A stretch of 55,771 bases of DNA from positions 1-55,771 of the IMG/VR virus record IMGVR_UViG_3300045971_000477. The stretch is one strand, 5' to 3'. Both the position numbers and the translations under genes were made by a program. The notes beneath the pieces were generated by a model. The model saw nothing but the letters and a program-made list of their open reading frames with translations. It had not been told where the DNA came from and did no database searches. Positions 55,765 through 55,771 of this stretch are shown here, piece by piece; the first letter of the stretch is position 1; each line of letters begins with the position of its first letter. This stretch comes from a virus. Taxonomy: Duplodnaviria; Caudoviricetes.

Positions 55765-55771
55765 ATATATG

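Overview
The window looks like a complete, circularly permuted genome of a tailed dsDNA phage (siphovirus-like, apparently lytic). I recognised no integrase, transposase, tRNA, CRISPR array or reverse transcriptase. The last bases (...TAAATATATG) run in frame into the ATG at position 1. The + strand (2.8-27.2 kb) carries small early genes, a beta-clamp-like protein, a ParB-like/DUF4326 fusion, an array of paralogous mini-genes joined by a repeated 18-bp junction, then SNF2 helicase, SSB-like protein, radical SAM, ThyA, RecD/Dda-like helicase, family-A DNA polymerase, a two-frame C5 methyltransferase, a nuclease and a primase-helicase. The - strand (54.4-27.3 kb) carries terminases (TerL with a mini-intein), Mu-like portal, protease, gpF and gpG, major capsid, tail genes, a signal-peptide-bearing SGNH fibre/spike, a Dam-like methylase, and a holin/lipoprotein cassette with a subtilase but no recognisable endolysin. 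About 2 kb of non-coding DNA (0.73-2.7 kb) contains nested long inverted repeats. Protein style suggests a Verrucomicrobia-like host (inference). Most notable: (1) the 'KEVGK' gene-cassette array; (2) exported, Thr-Asn-rich proteins in virion gene slots; (3) the structured non-coding region; (4) a prohead protease fused to a Dps/ferritin-like domain; (5) a subtilase in the endolysin slot. All family calls are by-eye motif recognition; no searches were run.
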